Shown: piece by piece, positions 52,301 through 64,000 of the stretch | Layout: every line of letters begins with the position of its first letter | Position numbering within the stretch: position 1 is the first letter of the stretch | NCBI GenBank assembly: GCA_905178155.1 | Contig: CAJINV010000003.1 | Location: forward strand, 2,437,065 to 2,501,064 | Direction of reading: 5' to 3' | Source of the DNA: Amoebophrya sp. A120 | Taxonomy: Eukaryota; Protista; Dinoflagellata | Length of the DNA: 64,000 nucleotides | Translations under genes and position numbers: made by a program | The notes under the pieces: model-generated | The model's input: only the letters and a program-made list of their open reading frames with translations | Databases searched by the model: none | Told to the model about the DNA's origin: nothing

Positions 52301-55300
52301 GGGGAACTGTGCGAGGAGCAAAAGGGCCACAAGGAACTGCGGCGGATCAGGTATTCGACACAACCTCGTCCCCTCCTTTTGAAGATCAGCTCGATATTCA
52401 AATCTACGGTGTGCGAGGAAAGGGAAGGGTCCTCTCACCAGATCAGGGAAAGAACCCTGGAGAAGATCGTCGTCCACAAGGGCCAGCGGTTGTGGACGAC
52501 TTACAGGGCGGCGGGGGAGCTCCTGCAATGGATCAAACAGACAATACAGGCCGGAATGTGATTAACGATCAAAGTGCTCCTGTCGGGGGCATCGACGGTG
52601 TGCCAGTCTCCAACAGAACATCGGCCTATCCAACGCAGCCTTTTGAAGATCAGCTCGATATTCAAATCTACGGTGTGAGAGGAAAGGGAAAGGCAACGCC
52701 AGTATACCAGGCAAGAAAAGGGGTCGACGACCAGCAAGTGGGCGATGAGACGAATGCTGCCGCCCGGCCACCGCAGTCTGAAGACCGGTTGTCTGCCGGG
52801 CAAGAAGCAACGTCACAGGTGGTTGTGGTCGCACCGCAACAAGACGAGCAAAGCGTGCAAATGGTGGACGACCTCAAGGTGGATGGTGCCCTAGTAGAAG
52901 AGGAAAAAGCATTGTCGGCTTTCGCAGAAGACAGCACAGGTGCTCCGAGCATTCAGAAGGCGAGCGCGGTTCCGGTAGACCAGCAGGAGCGCCGCAACAA
53001 ATCCGGCGTGGTCAATCTCGAAGAACCGTCAGCAGGCCGGGCGCTGCCCTCCATACCCGAGGATCGTGTGGTGGAGCAGGATGAAGACCCGGGAGCGGCA
53101 CCAGCGGTAGAGAAACTTGTTGCGCCAGCACCATTGACACAGTCGCAAGACGAGCAGGCAAATAAAAAGGCGCAAGGAGGTCGTGAAGGGCTAGACCTGT
53201 CCGCCGGGAAGTCCTCGGTTGTACGCTCGTACTCTGTGCCTCTCTCACGAGCTGCAGATCCCGAGCGGCAAAGCAGAAAGGGGCAGCCAGTTGCACGCAG
53301 TGCTTCGTCCGCCAGACCGTCAGAAATAAAGGGTGGAGTTCGGTCCGATCGCAGCACGCCACCACCTGGCTTCGGAGGCGCTCAACAAGATCGTGCAAGC
53401 ATAATGCCAGGAACAGCATCTGGAACTGGATCACCAATCCCTCGGAACGGTGATGACACGCGGGGGTGGCGATCGACGCCTTTTGGCGAAGACCGTAACG
53501 ACGGGTCACGCAATATCCTGTGTAAAAACGTCCCCACCCCAGAGTTGTCATGCAAATCTGCATGCTGAAAATGTTTCTCATGCGGAGCGCCATGAGAGGC
53601 ATTTTCTAGTCGCGTTTTGGGATTTGTGATGCTATAACGCGCATGATATACTAGATCTGTGCTGCTGCTGAACTACCTAAACAGGATTATACTACGAAGA
53701 CAAACTTGTCATGCCACACGACCAAAGCTGGCTGATTTCTCTAGCAGATTTCCCATCTTGACTCTGGTGTGGGGACGTTTTTGCAAATGATACGCAACAT
53801 TCTTGGTTCAGGCTGGTCTCAAGACACCAACTTGAGCCACGACCTTGGTGTGCACGTGTATGGTGTGCGAGGTAGAGGCGGTGAGAACGCCGGGTTAAAA
53901 GCGTCACCGGAGCAGAACCAAAAGGGCGAACGAACTCCTTCTATCGAGCAGGCATCGTCACCATCTGGCGCCGGCGGGGAACCGGACGCCAATGCAGTAG
54001 CACCTCCTACTCCTTCGGCTCGGCCCGGGTTGGCTGCGGCTGATGATCCAGACGACCAAGCCTTTGAGTTTCGCTCTTTTGCGCATGAGAAAAAGAGTGC
54101 GATGATAATCGTTCGGGATTATGAAAAAGCTGTCCGACCAACCTTGGCAGCGAGGACGTCTTCTGACAGCGAGAGCTTTGTGAAAGCGAGAAAGACAAAT
54201 AAATCGTCGAGCAGCAGCAGCGACGGTGTACAACGTGGAAAAGTAAATGCGGACCACGGTAGTTCGCCAACTCTTCATGTCGGACGATTTCCTACGAACA
54301 TTGCCCAGGTCGCGATGCAGAAAAAGGCCGAACGGTTGCGCGCAGATGCGCATGCGCGCAAGGAACGCTCTCCCCGGGGAAATGAGCAGCAGAAGGCTGA
54401 CAAGGGAGGAGATGTCGTGGGGGAAGCTCGCGAGCAGGGGAAACCGGTGGCTCTTGCGGATGCCGTCCGTCTCCAGGCTGCGGAGGTAGTACCAATAAAT
54501 GCAGTGTCGTCTCTGCAGGACGAGTTTGAGAAGGTCGTCCGTGAGAACAGAAATAAACTTCCCGCAGACCACCACACTGACAAGCAGGCGGACAGCCCAA
54601 ATCTGGGAAAATACAGGCCTCAGGCGCGTCTGTCTCTCAATGATGCCGAAGAGCAGGAGGTCCTGCGCGAACTGTCTGCGTTGCTGCGTGCAGACGGTGC
54701 GGATCCCGAAACGATTTTGCAGCTGCCGAGGGCTTCGCTGCTGCGCCAGATGGAGAAAATGCCCGACCCACAGGCAATCGTCCGGGAGCCGGGCTATATC
54801 CACCACTTCGCCCCCCGGGGTGATCCTGCGGGTGATACTCACGAACAACAACAACCGGAAAAACCCATGAGGCAAGCGCCAGCGGTGCAAGCGCGAGGGA
54901 CCATGCCAAATGCACGCAGTATTACTCCGACGCGCGTGGACCCCAGTCTCTTGCGCAGCGAAGACTCACGGTCGGGAGGGCCACTTACGTCCTCGTTGCA
55001 GCAAAAAAACCCGGAATTTTTTGGAGAGACAGAAGTGGAAGCAGTGCCAGCCGGTGCCTTGCAGTACCTGGCAGCGTACGACGGGAAGATGGTGGCCGAT
55101 GACGTTCGAAGGCAGGAGCGAGGACTCTCGGAGCGGGGCAGGAGCACAACGGACCCGACTTCAAGTCCGCCACCGCCGGGATTCAATACTAAGGACTCAT
55201 CCCGGTTCACGAGGCAGCCGTCGCCGCCGGACGAGATTCCGAAGCAGCCTTCGGCCGACAATGTCTATGGCTCCTACAACGCGGTTGCGCTGAACAAGGA

Positions 55301-57839
55301 CTCGACACGAGACACACGGCAAGCCACGACGACCGCCATCAAGGCTCCTACCAACCCCTCCTTGGGCAGCACAGATCATTTGTTAGCGAAGGCAGGGTCA
55401 TTATCGGTGGGCGATCGCGGAACCAGCAGGTCGCTTGCACGACAAGCAACCACAACGACGCAGCTGGCCCGAGGCGACCAAATATTAGCGCCGCGTTCCT
55501 CTCTTGGATCAAGTGTGAGCAACCAGACGGACGATTTGCTGAAGGAATTTCTCGTGACGGAGCGGCCGAGGAGCACAATCATGGCCAGCGGCGGACAGCC
55601 AGGATCCGACCAAGTAGCTCCCGCCACGGATGCAACCACTTTCCAGGAGTCTGGGCTCGCGCCTGCCTCCACGTCCTTGCTAAAGCTTCCAACGGAGCTG
55701 ATGCTGCAGCAGCTTCAGCAGGGCAGTGGCGTGCAATCTTCTATGGCGCCAGTGTACCGACCGACGAGCGCGTACGCTGGGCCCGCACAGAACCTGGAAA
55801 GCCATCGCACCACGCGGGCGACCGAGCAGCCCGTGAATAAAACAACACAATTACAAAGCCAGAACCTCAGGAGCTTCGTCTCGAGCTATGGCGGTTCCCC
55901 CGAGCAACAGATCGGGCGGAGCTTTGCATCGAGCAACGCGTCGGTGGCGGCGTCGGCTGGGCAGCCGAAAAACTTCGCCCCCGGGAAGACCGCGCCCCTG
56001 GACGATCGCTTCACGGACCTCGTGAACAGAACGATGCGCCCGCCCGAGGACCCGAATGCCGTGGAACCCGAGCTAGACCGGATGAAGCAGAGCATGATGG
56101 AACGGCAAATATACGTACCGTTTGGCGCGAGAGCGGACGTTGTTCCGCCACGACCTGTGGGAAGAAATAAAGGGCCTGCTGCTCTTGCCGTCGCGCCGGC
56201 GAGTGTTGAAAATGTCGCCCTGCCGACCACGACACAGATAGAAACGGTCAACATGGGTGAGAACAATAGCAATGCACCACCCGTGCTGAGCCTGGGGCAA
56301 CAAGCGGGACCACAGCCAGAGCTTCGTCGGCAATCGCTGTCTCAGTTGAATGTAAGTCCAAAAGGCTCCGAAGTAGTTGTTAACCATCAGCCGGCTCTGT
56401 TTGCGAGATCCTCTTTGCCGCAGACAGCAGTGACAGATCCGATCGCCAGAATGCTTCAGGGAGCTGCGGAGGCGATCGCGGACCTTCAGGCCGTTCCGAA
56501 TGTTATACCTGCGCCCACAGTGAACGGAATTCAAGTACAGCAGACGAGCGGAGTAGACATCACACCGCCTGCAATCCAAATTCAGCAAACCAGCGGAATT
56601 GACATCGCACCGCCTGCGCAACTGCAGGTACAGAGGCTCGCAGGGTTCAGTACTGACCGCACGCCGTCATTTGCTGCCGCACCCTCGGAACCACCATCAA
56701 GCGGTTTCGTCGTGAGGGCGAATAGCATAGAAGAATATCCCTCCCACGTCGATGTCGTCGCCTCTCCATCTCCCACTCTTCCATCAAAGCAGGTCAAACT
56801 TCAGCGCTCCGTTTCCATCTTCTCTCTGGTGGCAGGAGATGACAACCATGGGCAGCAGCAGCAGCAGAGCAACATCCCCCGGTCACACGCAGTCGCACCG
56901 CTGGGGCTTTCTACGGTGTCCGAGAAGACGGAACCTCCAGATTCGCCGCCTGTGTCACGTATCTATGAGCATGCTGCAGTTGGCGACCACCGCGATGTCC
57001 CTGTGGTATTTCATAAGAACGAAGACGCCATTCACATCATTCCTGTGCGACACGGGCTCGAGCAAGATCAGCCGCGCCGGCAGGACTCGGGTCTTTTTGC
57101 GTCTGCGGCACCCCCGAAACTACAGTCGCCTGGGCTAATCAAGCCGGTTGCACTCGGCCCGCAAATTGGGCAGACGAGCCAAAAATCTTTTCGTCCTGTG
57201 CAACCACTTTCAAGCCCACCTTCGCAGGACGGCGGACGCGCTCCGCAAACGCAAACCCTCGCACCAAGCGGTCTTTTGCAAGTCCAATCTATCGCACCCC
57301 GTGGCCCTCTTTTGCAAATGCAATCCCTCTCGCCGGCTGCTTTCACCACGCCGACGGGGGTGCAGCAACAAGCGCCCCTGTTGGCCGCCGCACCCGCGGG
57401 GGAATTCGTGGCGCAACCACGCGGGCAGGCTGCACCTCAGATGGAACTACAACAGCAAGCGGCCGAGATGGTACCAGCAACTCGCAAGCTGGGAATCGCG
57501 ACGAAAACCGCGCTCTTCGACAAACCACCCGTAGCGGCAACGCCTCCGGCGACGGTCTCGTCTCAGTCGCCCCGGGCGCAAGCAATCCAAGAGAAGATGA
57601 ACCGGCTCGCGAAGGGGAACGGGAAACCTGTGGAGTTCAACCAGCAAAAGCTGCCCGAGTGGATGAATCGGCGGGCACGAATTCCGACGACGATTGAGTC
57701 CGCAGACGGCGAAATGGTAAACAAATCCTTCCTGCCGGGCACGACCGAACGCCGCAGTCGCGGAAGCTGGTGGAGCGAGCAGCTGAAGAAGAAAAACGTC
57801 AAGAAAAATATGAAACGGAATCTGGGCGACTTGCTTTAA
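49357..57839 (+). CDS. Giant (~2500 aa) protein: coiled-coil N-terminus plus long low-complexity region; exons 49357-50045, 50390-50786, 51004-53513, 53798-57839
   Basis: Four ORFs joined in phase by IE12, GT-AG intron 50787-51003 and IE13. Confidence 0.78.
50046..50384. mobile_element. Introner IE12 (339 bp = 253-bp element plus 86-bp patch)
   Basis: Same TIR family; TSD CGGGA; colinear with IE5 apart from the patch. Confidence 0.95.
50195..50218 (+). repeat. Interstitial telomere-like repeat inside IE12
   Basis: AGGGTTT AGGGTTT AGGGTT AGGG. Confidence 0.8.
52375..52690 (+). repeat. 52-bp coding direct repeat (52375-52426, 52639-52690) encoding PFEDQLDIQIYGVRGKG
   Basis: 51/52 nt identical. 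Confidence 0.9.
53514..53792. mobile_element. Introner IE13 (279 bp)
   Basis: TIR TATCCTGTGTAAAAACGTCCCCACCCCAGAGT / ACTCTGGTGTGGGGACGTTTTTGCAAATGATA; TSD CGCAA. Confidence 0.92.
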
Positions 57840-58313
57840 AGCAAGTGAGGAAAATACAAGAAAAACTAGATTCACGTCGAAAGCAAACTCGTAAATGATG
57901 ACGCTCTACAACAACGTCTACGTGTGCAAGAATTGTACAGCGTCAGATTCTTGACTTTTGTTTGAAACATTCGTTTGAAAGCCAAATAAAACCACACCCA
58001 CAAAACCGGCGCTGCTTTGGGATTTGCTACTGGGATTTTCTCGCAGCAAAGTTTCAAAGTGTTCGACACATCATCGCACTCTGCGCACCTTTTTTCCTAT
58101 CGCTTTTTGTTTTTGATCCTAGCACAAATCGACTTAGTGTCACGAGTCACACCATGTCCCCTTTTCCTTGTCTCTGTCAGCGGCACCATCTCCCACTTAT
58201 CTTTGTCAGCGATACCATGTTGTTTATTCATCCGTGATCACAAATAAAGCAAAGCTTGTGCTATTTATAGCGAAACTATTGCATTCAGGGGACATACTTA
58301 AGTATTTATCAGC

Positions 58314-60138
58314 ATGGCGGCGTCCACGGACCCAGGTGCGGATCTGCGCACCGTTTCTTTGCCAAATGCTCCCCAGGGTTTTGCGAAGCGGATGCCCCGC
58401 ATCGCGCTCGGGACGTGGAAGGCGGAGGTTGGGGAGACAAGAGCAGCGGTGATTTCTGCCATCAAGGACGCGGGCTATCGCATGATCGACACAGCCAACG
58501 ATTACGGAAACGAGCACGAGGTTGGCGCGGGGCTACAGCACTGTTTGCAAAATGGGGTTGTTACCCGAGACGAGCTGTTCGTCCAGTGCAAGCTGTGGAA
58601 CGCGAATATGCGGCCGGATCTGGTGCGCCTGGACTTGCTCGCGACGTTGAAAGATCTGCAGCTGGACTACGTAGACAGCTTCATCATTCACTGGCCGCAG
58701 TGCGCCCCCGCGGATCCGGCAGCGAAGGGGCCGGCTTTAGCCTGGAACGCAGTGGGTGGCAAATCAGAGGCGGAAATTCTGGACAATTCGAAGCCGCACA
58801 ACAACAACGTCCAATGCGCAAAAGAAATGGGCTCGATGTTTCCCATGGAGGCCGACGGTAATTTGTTCCGGCATAGAGTAGTTCTCGCATGGTAGTTTCG
58901 CGAGTGATCTGGTGATGCGGCAAAATACTAAACCAGTTGAGGTCATATCAATCTGGTTTCCTGGCGTAGCCGAATGTACTTACCTGTATGAGTGAAAGTA
59001 GAATGTCGGCTCGCCCATGTAGTTTTATGTGACTTGTCTTCCAACCAACTGGACCACAGGCACCTACTCACACGATGCCAGCGTTCATTACACGCAGACT
59101 TGGAAGGCGATGGAAAAGTTGGTGGACGAGGGGTTGTGCAAGTCGATTGGCATTTCCAACTTTAACACGGCCCAGGTGATGGACCTTCTCGCGAACGGCT
59201 GCGAAAAATACAGGCCCACCGTGCTGCAGAACGAGGTGCACCTGTACCTCCAAGCAAAAGACATGCTTGATTTCTGCAGCCACCACGGGATCCAACTGCA
59301 GGCGTATGTCCATATACTATTGCTCTGCTGCTCCTGCTGCTCGCTCTACGCTTTTCGGACGGCTGCGTCCGGCTGTGGCTGCAAAATCAGTGAACTTCGA
59401 CTTTCCTATGATGGAGATTGTAATCGGCGTACTTTCAATTTCATCTTTTTTACTCCCTACAGTTACAGTTTAGCACCAAGTAGAGAAAGCCTCACTTTAT
59501 TGTTTCGCAGGTACAGCCCGCTCGGTTCTGTTTTCGGTGGCAAGGGATCTCCGACTGGAGACCGCGACGTGTCCGCGAACATGTTTTTGCCACAGTATTC
59601 AATCCGGGATATGCCACGGAAGAAAGTTGGCAGGTCAATGTAATGCAAAAGTATGAAAGTATATCAGAACTGCAACTGGCAAGCCGAAGCCTATAATGCT
59701 GCGCTATTTCAGCTGTGCAAGAGAGATTTTTTTGCGTATGTACTTTCGCATTCCAAATATGACCACCTGCCAGTTTTTTTCTCTGGGATACGGGAGCACC
59801 CCCTGGTGATGGAGATTGGGAAGAAGTACAACAAATCCGCGGCACAAGTTGCCCTGAAGTACCAGCTGCAGCGCGGCGTTTGTGTGGTTGCCAAAAGCAC
59901 CAATCACGACCGAATCGCACAGAACATCCAGTTTTTGGACGACAACCAGTTCGAATTGACAGAGGAGGACATGCAGGCCCTGTCCAAACTGAACTGTGGC
60001 TGGCGCGGCTTGCTGTGGCCACAGACGGCCGGGCACCCGGATTACCCCTTCAAGGAATCGCTTGTTGGCTCCATTGGGGCGGCAAAAGTCCCGCCAGACT
60101 GGATCGCAAAAGAAGATCCGCGGGTGGCGGGCGCATGA
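58314..60138 (+). CDS. Aldo-keto reductase; introns 58858-59059, 59304-59510 and introner IE14
   Basis: MPRIALGTW, GYRMIDTANDYGNEHEVG, LQLDYVDSFIIHWP, CKSIGISNFN, QAYSPLG, KYNKSAAQVALKY. Confidence 0.95.
59610..59790. mobile_element. Introner IE14 (181 bp)
   Basis: Imperfect TIR TATGCCACGGAAGAAAGTTGGCAGGT / ACCTGCCAGTTTTTTTCTCTGGGATA; TSD CGGGA; removal gives SIREHPLVMEIGKKY. Confidence 0.88.
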
Positions 60139-60752
60139 CAGATGGGTTGGATAGCGATTCGATATTGGAGGCAAAAACTACCATGATGTCCATGGTGGAC
60201 TAATATCGCGTTGTCAGCCGCTACCCGCGAGCAAAAACTTTTTATTTTGCCACGGTGAAGGAGCTTTACCTCTATGAAGAGTATTGTTTTAGCGCGCAGT
60301 TACCTTGCTAAATGCCAGTGCACAGAAAAATAGTACTCATGCAGCTAGTTGCGCTGGCCGTACTGCAACCCCTCGTCATTATTTTTTGTGAGTTACGAAA
60401 AGCTTCAGCTTGTTTGCGGGGTCCCTTGTTCAAAGCGAGCGAAACAGGCCACAGGACGAATTAACGTGGACGTAGGAAGAACACCAGCAGTTATTTCATC
60501 TTGGAGATTAGCCAAAACAGAGTCATTTATCTGTGAGTTGCGCACTGAAAGAGTCGTTCTTCCGCGTTCATAGTTCTGGTTTGCCAGCTTCAGTTGTACC
60601 CGTAGTGCACAACTGTCCTCGTTTGAGCGGAATGAAAACCAGGCAAAACAAATAAAAAGCAAACATCAACGTAAAAATACAGCAGCAGCAGTATTCAATC
60701 GACTACGACAATCGACTGCGCAATCGCGTGAGCACTTCCCGCATCGATGACG

Positions 60753-62536
60753 ATGGGCAACACGGAGGCGGGAGGCCGTCTCGATTTTCCGACGGGACGG
60801 GCCAGCAGTCTTAACACCACCAGCAAAGAGATTACGAGTGAGCGCCAGTCTGCATCCAGCCAAGACGGGCGATCCAGCCAAGACCTTTCGGAGTTACGCG
60901 ACCTGGAGGAGGGGCTGCAGGAGGTACGCAAGCTGCTGGATGCAGAGGAGCAAGACGCTGCATTTCCCTGGTTTCACATGGTCCAGTGGGCTGCGGAGAC
61001 CAGTGCCAACGACTGCGTTTTCCGGTGGGACCTGGAGAAAGCCTTTTTCATTGTGCGCGATGGCGTCAAGTCGGTGGACGCTTTCCGTGGCAACCTACGG
61101 GAGCTGAAAGCGTGCCTGAAGCGAGCGGAAAAGGAAAACGAGAAGCAGACAGCGGGTATTATAGCGGGGCGTTTGTTTGCGTTTGGGTTTGTTTTCAATA
61201 CCGTGATTTTTTTTGCAAAGTAAGGTATAGATGTAGTCACAGTGCATCTACTGCCACGTTCAGAATGAAGCGCTTGCGCACGACCGTGTCGTTGTACTCA
61301 ACAGGCTTCCGGGTGGACGGGTTTTCTTTGGAAGAGGGTCCAAGCCAAATGGTGTTTTTTGAGTGGGCCGAGTGCTTGCTAGAGCAGATGGCGGCGCTGC
61401 GGCGCCTGCGCTTCGCCCTGGTGCCGCGACGCATGTCGGAGAAGACGTTTTGGCACCGCTTTTTTGCCGTCGTGAAGATGCGGCTGGAGCTGCAGCTGTT
61501 TTATCGCGAGGAAGATGAGGAGGACGAGGAAGACCACGGCTCCGGGTCGCAGGCAGGGGAGGACGACACGGGGCGGTCTCGGGCGGTGACCGAGTGGTCG
61601 GACGACAGTCCGACGCACGCCACGCCGACCGTGCAGCGGGACGCCGACCTCGAAGCGGCTTTCAGAACACCCACGCTGCCTGCACCCGTGGCTCCAGCAG
61701 CGCAAGTCCGCCCAGAGAGTCGTACGCTTCTTGCGTCTCCGCCTGTAGTAGTTGCAGTACAAGTTTTGCCTGCAGCACGAGACCGGCCGCACTCGAATAC
61801 GGTGCCTGCAACGACAACAATACAACCTGCGGAGGAGAAGCAGGAGCTGCAGAGCAATAACGTGGATCATTTTTTGCACGATCCACTTCCACCGAGATCT
61901 TCATCCGCAATAAAGACCGGGCGGCCCGAGACAGAAGTGACTTCTGATGCACGTTCGATACCGAAAAGTCAAACGAGCTACGAGTACGACCCAAAACTTG
62001 TACGTGCTGATAGGAATCGCCCTGAAGATATCGCGATCGGGGCAAGAGACGCGATAAACGGCAACGACGAGCAGGACAAGCACGAAATAACGACAGTCCA
62101 CGCCACCCAGAAAAGACCTGCCATTGGCAGTGACGTAGCTGTGGCACAGGAACGAAGCATGTTGGTCTCGCCCGCCCCCACCGCAAAGACCATAAACAAG
62201 GAGAAAGAGGCTCCTTCTGCGGGCTATTTTTTACCAGACAACGACACGACGCATCAACAGAAGCCAGCAGGCCGCCCACATGTGCCAAGCACAAGTGCAG
62301 CACACACGTCGCCACGCGTTTCGGCAGAGGCCGCTTCCAGCGTCGGACGGCGCCCCTCCTCATCAAGTAAAGACAAAGAGAGCGGCAGTACGGAGACGTC
62401 GTCAATTGAAAATAAACATGACCGCGCGACAAAGAATCTGATTTGCACGGGAGAAATGGTTCTGCCGGGCTTTCACACGTCTGATACTCCGGTAGGGCCT
62501 CGCGCCGAGCATCAGCGTCGTCCGTGGATAATCTGA
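60753..62536 (+). CDS. BSD-domain protein, possible N-myristoylation (MGNT); intron ~61156-61242 (boundaries uncertain)
   Basis: WAECLLEQMAALRRLRFALVPRRMSEKTFWHRFF fits the BSD signature. Confidence 0.75.
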
Positions 62537-63281
62537 CTACGCGTGGCTTGTACCGCAGCACAGCGACAGTGTCGGATCATACCGGGAATGTTGCTCCTTT
62601 GCGACGTCTGGATCATCAAACAAAACTTGAAAGCGCTTCTGTAAGATGGTCAAACCGCTAATAGTTTACTACACGGTGTCCGACATCAACGTGTTTGTGT
62701 TTCTTTCCGCATCTCTTTCACAATCATGCACGCCTGATAACACATGCATATCACACAACTCACCTCTTCTATCGATTTTGACTCTCATGTTTTCTCTCGT
62801 TGAAGCTGTACCTTCGATCAATCGACGTCTTCTTGTCTGTCCTCGTTTCTTCCTGACACACGACAGGCGACAGCTGCTACCGAGAGAGTATCAAAATCGA
62901 GATTTTTTGGTGACATGACAAATAGCGAGAGAATTCTGTAGTTACAACGTGCAAAGCGTTGAGTGATTTCAAAACGCCAAACTGTGAACAAAAGTGCCTC
63001 ATATGATAAACCCGAAGAACAACCGTTTTGTTTTTTGCCGTGTAAGGATATCTCAGATACCACCGCTGCCACAGATCAGCGCCAATTCTTGCCTTTTTTC
63101 CCGATCGTGTTGTATTTCAAGAGGCTATTGATTTGTTGTAGCGTAAGTGAAAGCCAGCTTAATTTCCACGTCAACCTGAAGTTTGCCTTGAAGAAGAAGT
63201 AGACAATGTTGACAATAAGGACTTCATCCGCGGCATCATCGCACCTGTAGTGTGAGGACAACTACCTCGTGTAGTTTCGAG

Positions 63282-64000
63282 ATGGCGCAATTGCCCTCGG
63301 ATCCTTTCGCACTGGATCCACCACGGCGTAGTCGCTGCTGGCTCGTGGGGGGGCCAGGCGTCGGCAAGGCTGCTTTACGAAACTGCTTTCAAAGTCCTCA
63401 GCGACCGAGCCGACACTGGCTGCGCTCGTCGTGTACGCCCACGGGGCAGCACCGGGAACGCAATGGAGGTACACTTTTACTTTAATTACTCACGCCATTG
63501 ATTATGATTTCTAGATAACATGCCTCGACCCGTCTGTACATATCATATGGGCAGCACTTGATATCATAACTTGTTGCGCCTTAGGTACTGCTCCGAGCTC
63601 GCCTTGGTTCGATGAGGAGCCGGTGGTTTTGCTGAAGTCCCCACTCGACCCTAACCACACGGCCGCAGTAGAGATCAGCTTCACGGAAGTCTGCCTCTCC
63701 CCTTGTGGAAGAAACGTGGATCATGACCACCCGTTTGCCGGCAATGACAGAGAGCTAAATAGTATTGGTTCGAGGAAGCGCCAGGAGTTTGCTTACGGGT
63801 CCTTTTCGGGTGCTGGTGGAACATCAACGTCCTACCCGGACTGGAGCACCGATTGCGTCGTGCTGGTCGCAGACGTGGGGAACCGCACCTCGTTGGAGCA
63901 GCTGCGCGCCTTCGTGCAGCAGGATTCCATCTTCCGGTGTCCCCGTAGCCGCCCGGTGGTCTTTGTGCTGGGCGCCAAAGCGGACACTTCCAGAGAACGC
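63282..64000 (+). CDS. Atypical Ras-superfamily small GTPase-like protein, 3'-partial; intron 63469-63584
   Basis: WLVGGPGVGKA P-loop; DCVVLVADVGNRTSLEQL; VFVLGAKAD G4-like. Confidence 0.7.

Noticed and set aside
254-59790. 10-bp or nucleosome periodicity in introner lengths (151, 181, 209, 216, 218, 251, 253, 262, 279, 307)
   Set aside because: Too few, non-independent values and no clear period.
1-64000. Autonomous transposase for the introners; tRNA or rRNA genes
   Set aside because: No intact DDE or recombinase ORF and no convincing structural RNA gene was recognisable in this window.

Overview
Gene-dense eukaryotic DNA with about 15 protein-coding genes, all on the + strand. They include an amino-acid transporter, a TLC-domain protein, two paralogous RRM/LOTUS-like proteins, a two-pore K+ channel with EF hands, CDC27, a cyclophilin, a cold-shock protein with a PAM2 motif, an aldo-keto reductase, a BSD protein and an atypical small GTPase. 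The main signal is a set of 13 short (151-530 bp) mobile-intron elements ('introners') plus one 1.5-kb relative. They have near-invariant TAT...ATA ends, terminal inverted repeats (TIRs), a 5-bp target-site duplication (TSD) and a shared internal GCAT(G/C)ACAAA motif. All but one interrupt coding exons. Removing each exonic element plus one TSD copy restores the reading frame, yet none of the 12 short exonic elements gives a GT-AG intron at any TSD register. Several elements carry secondary insertions, including a TTTAGGG telomere patch. Unidirectional genes, introners and TTTAGGG point to an Amoebophrya-like (Syndiniales) dinoflagellate; that assignment is inference. All exon models were derived by eye, without transcript data.
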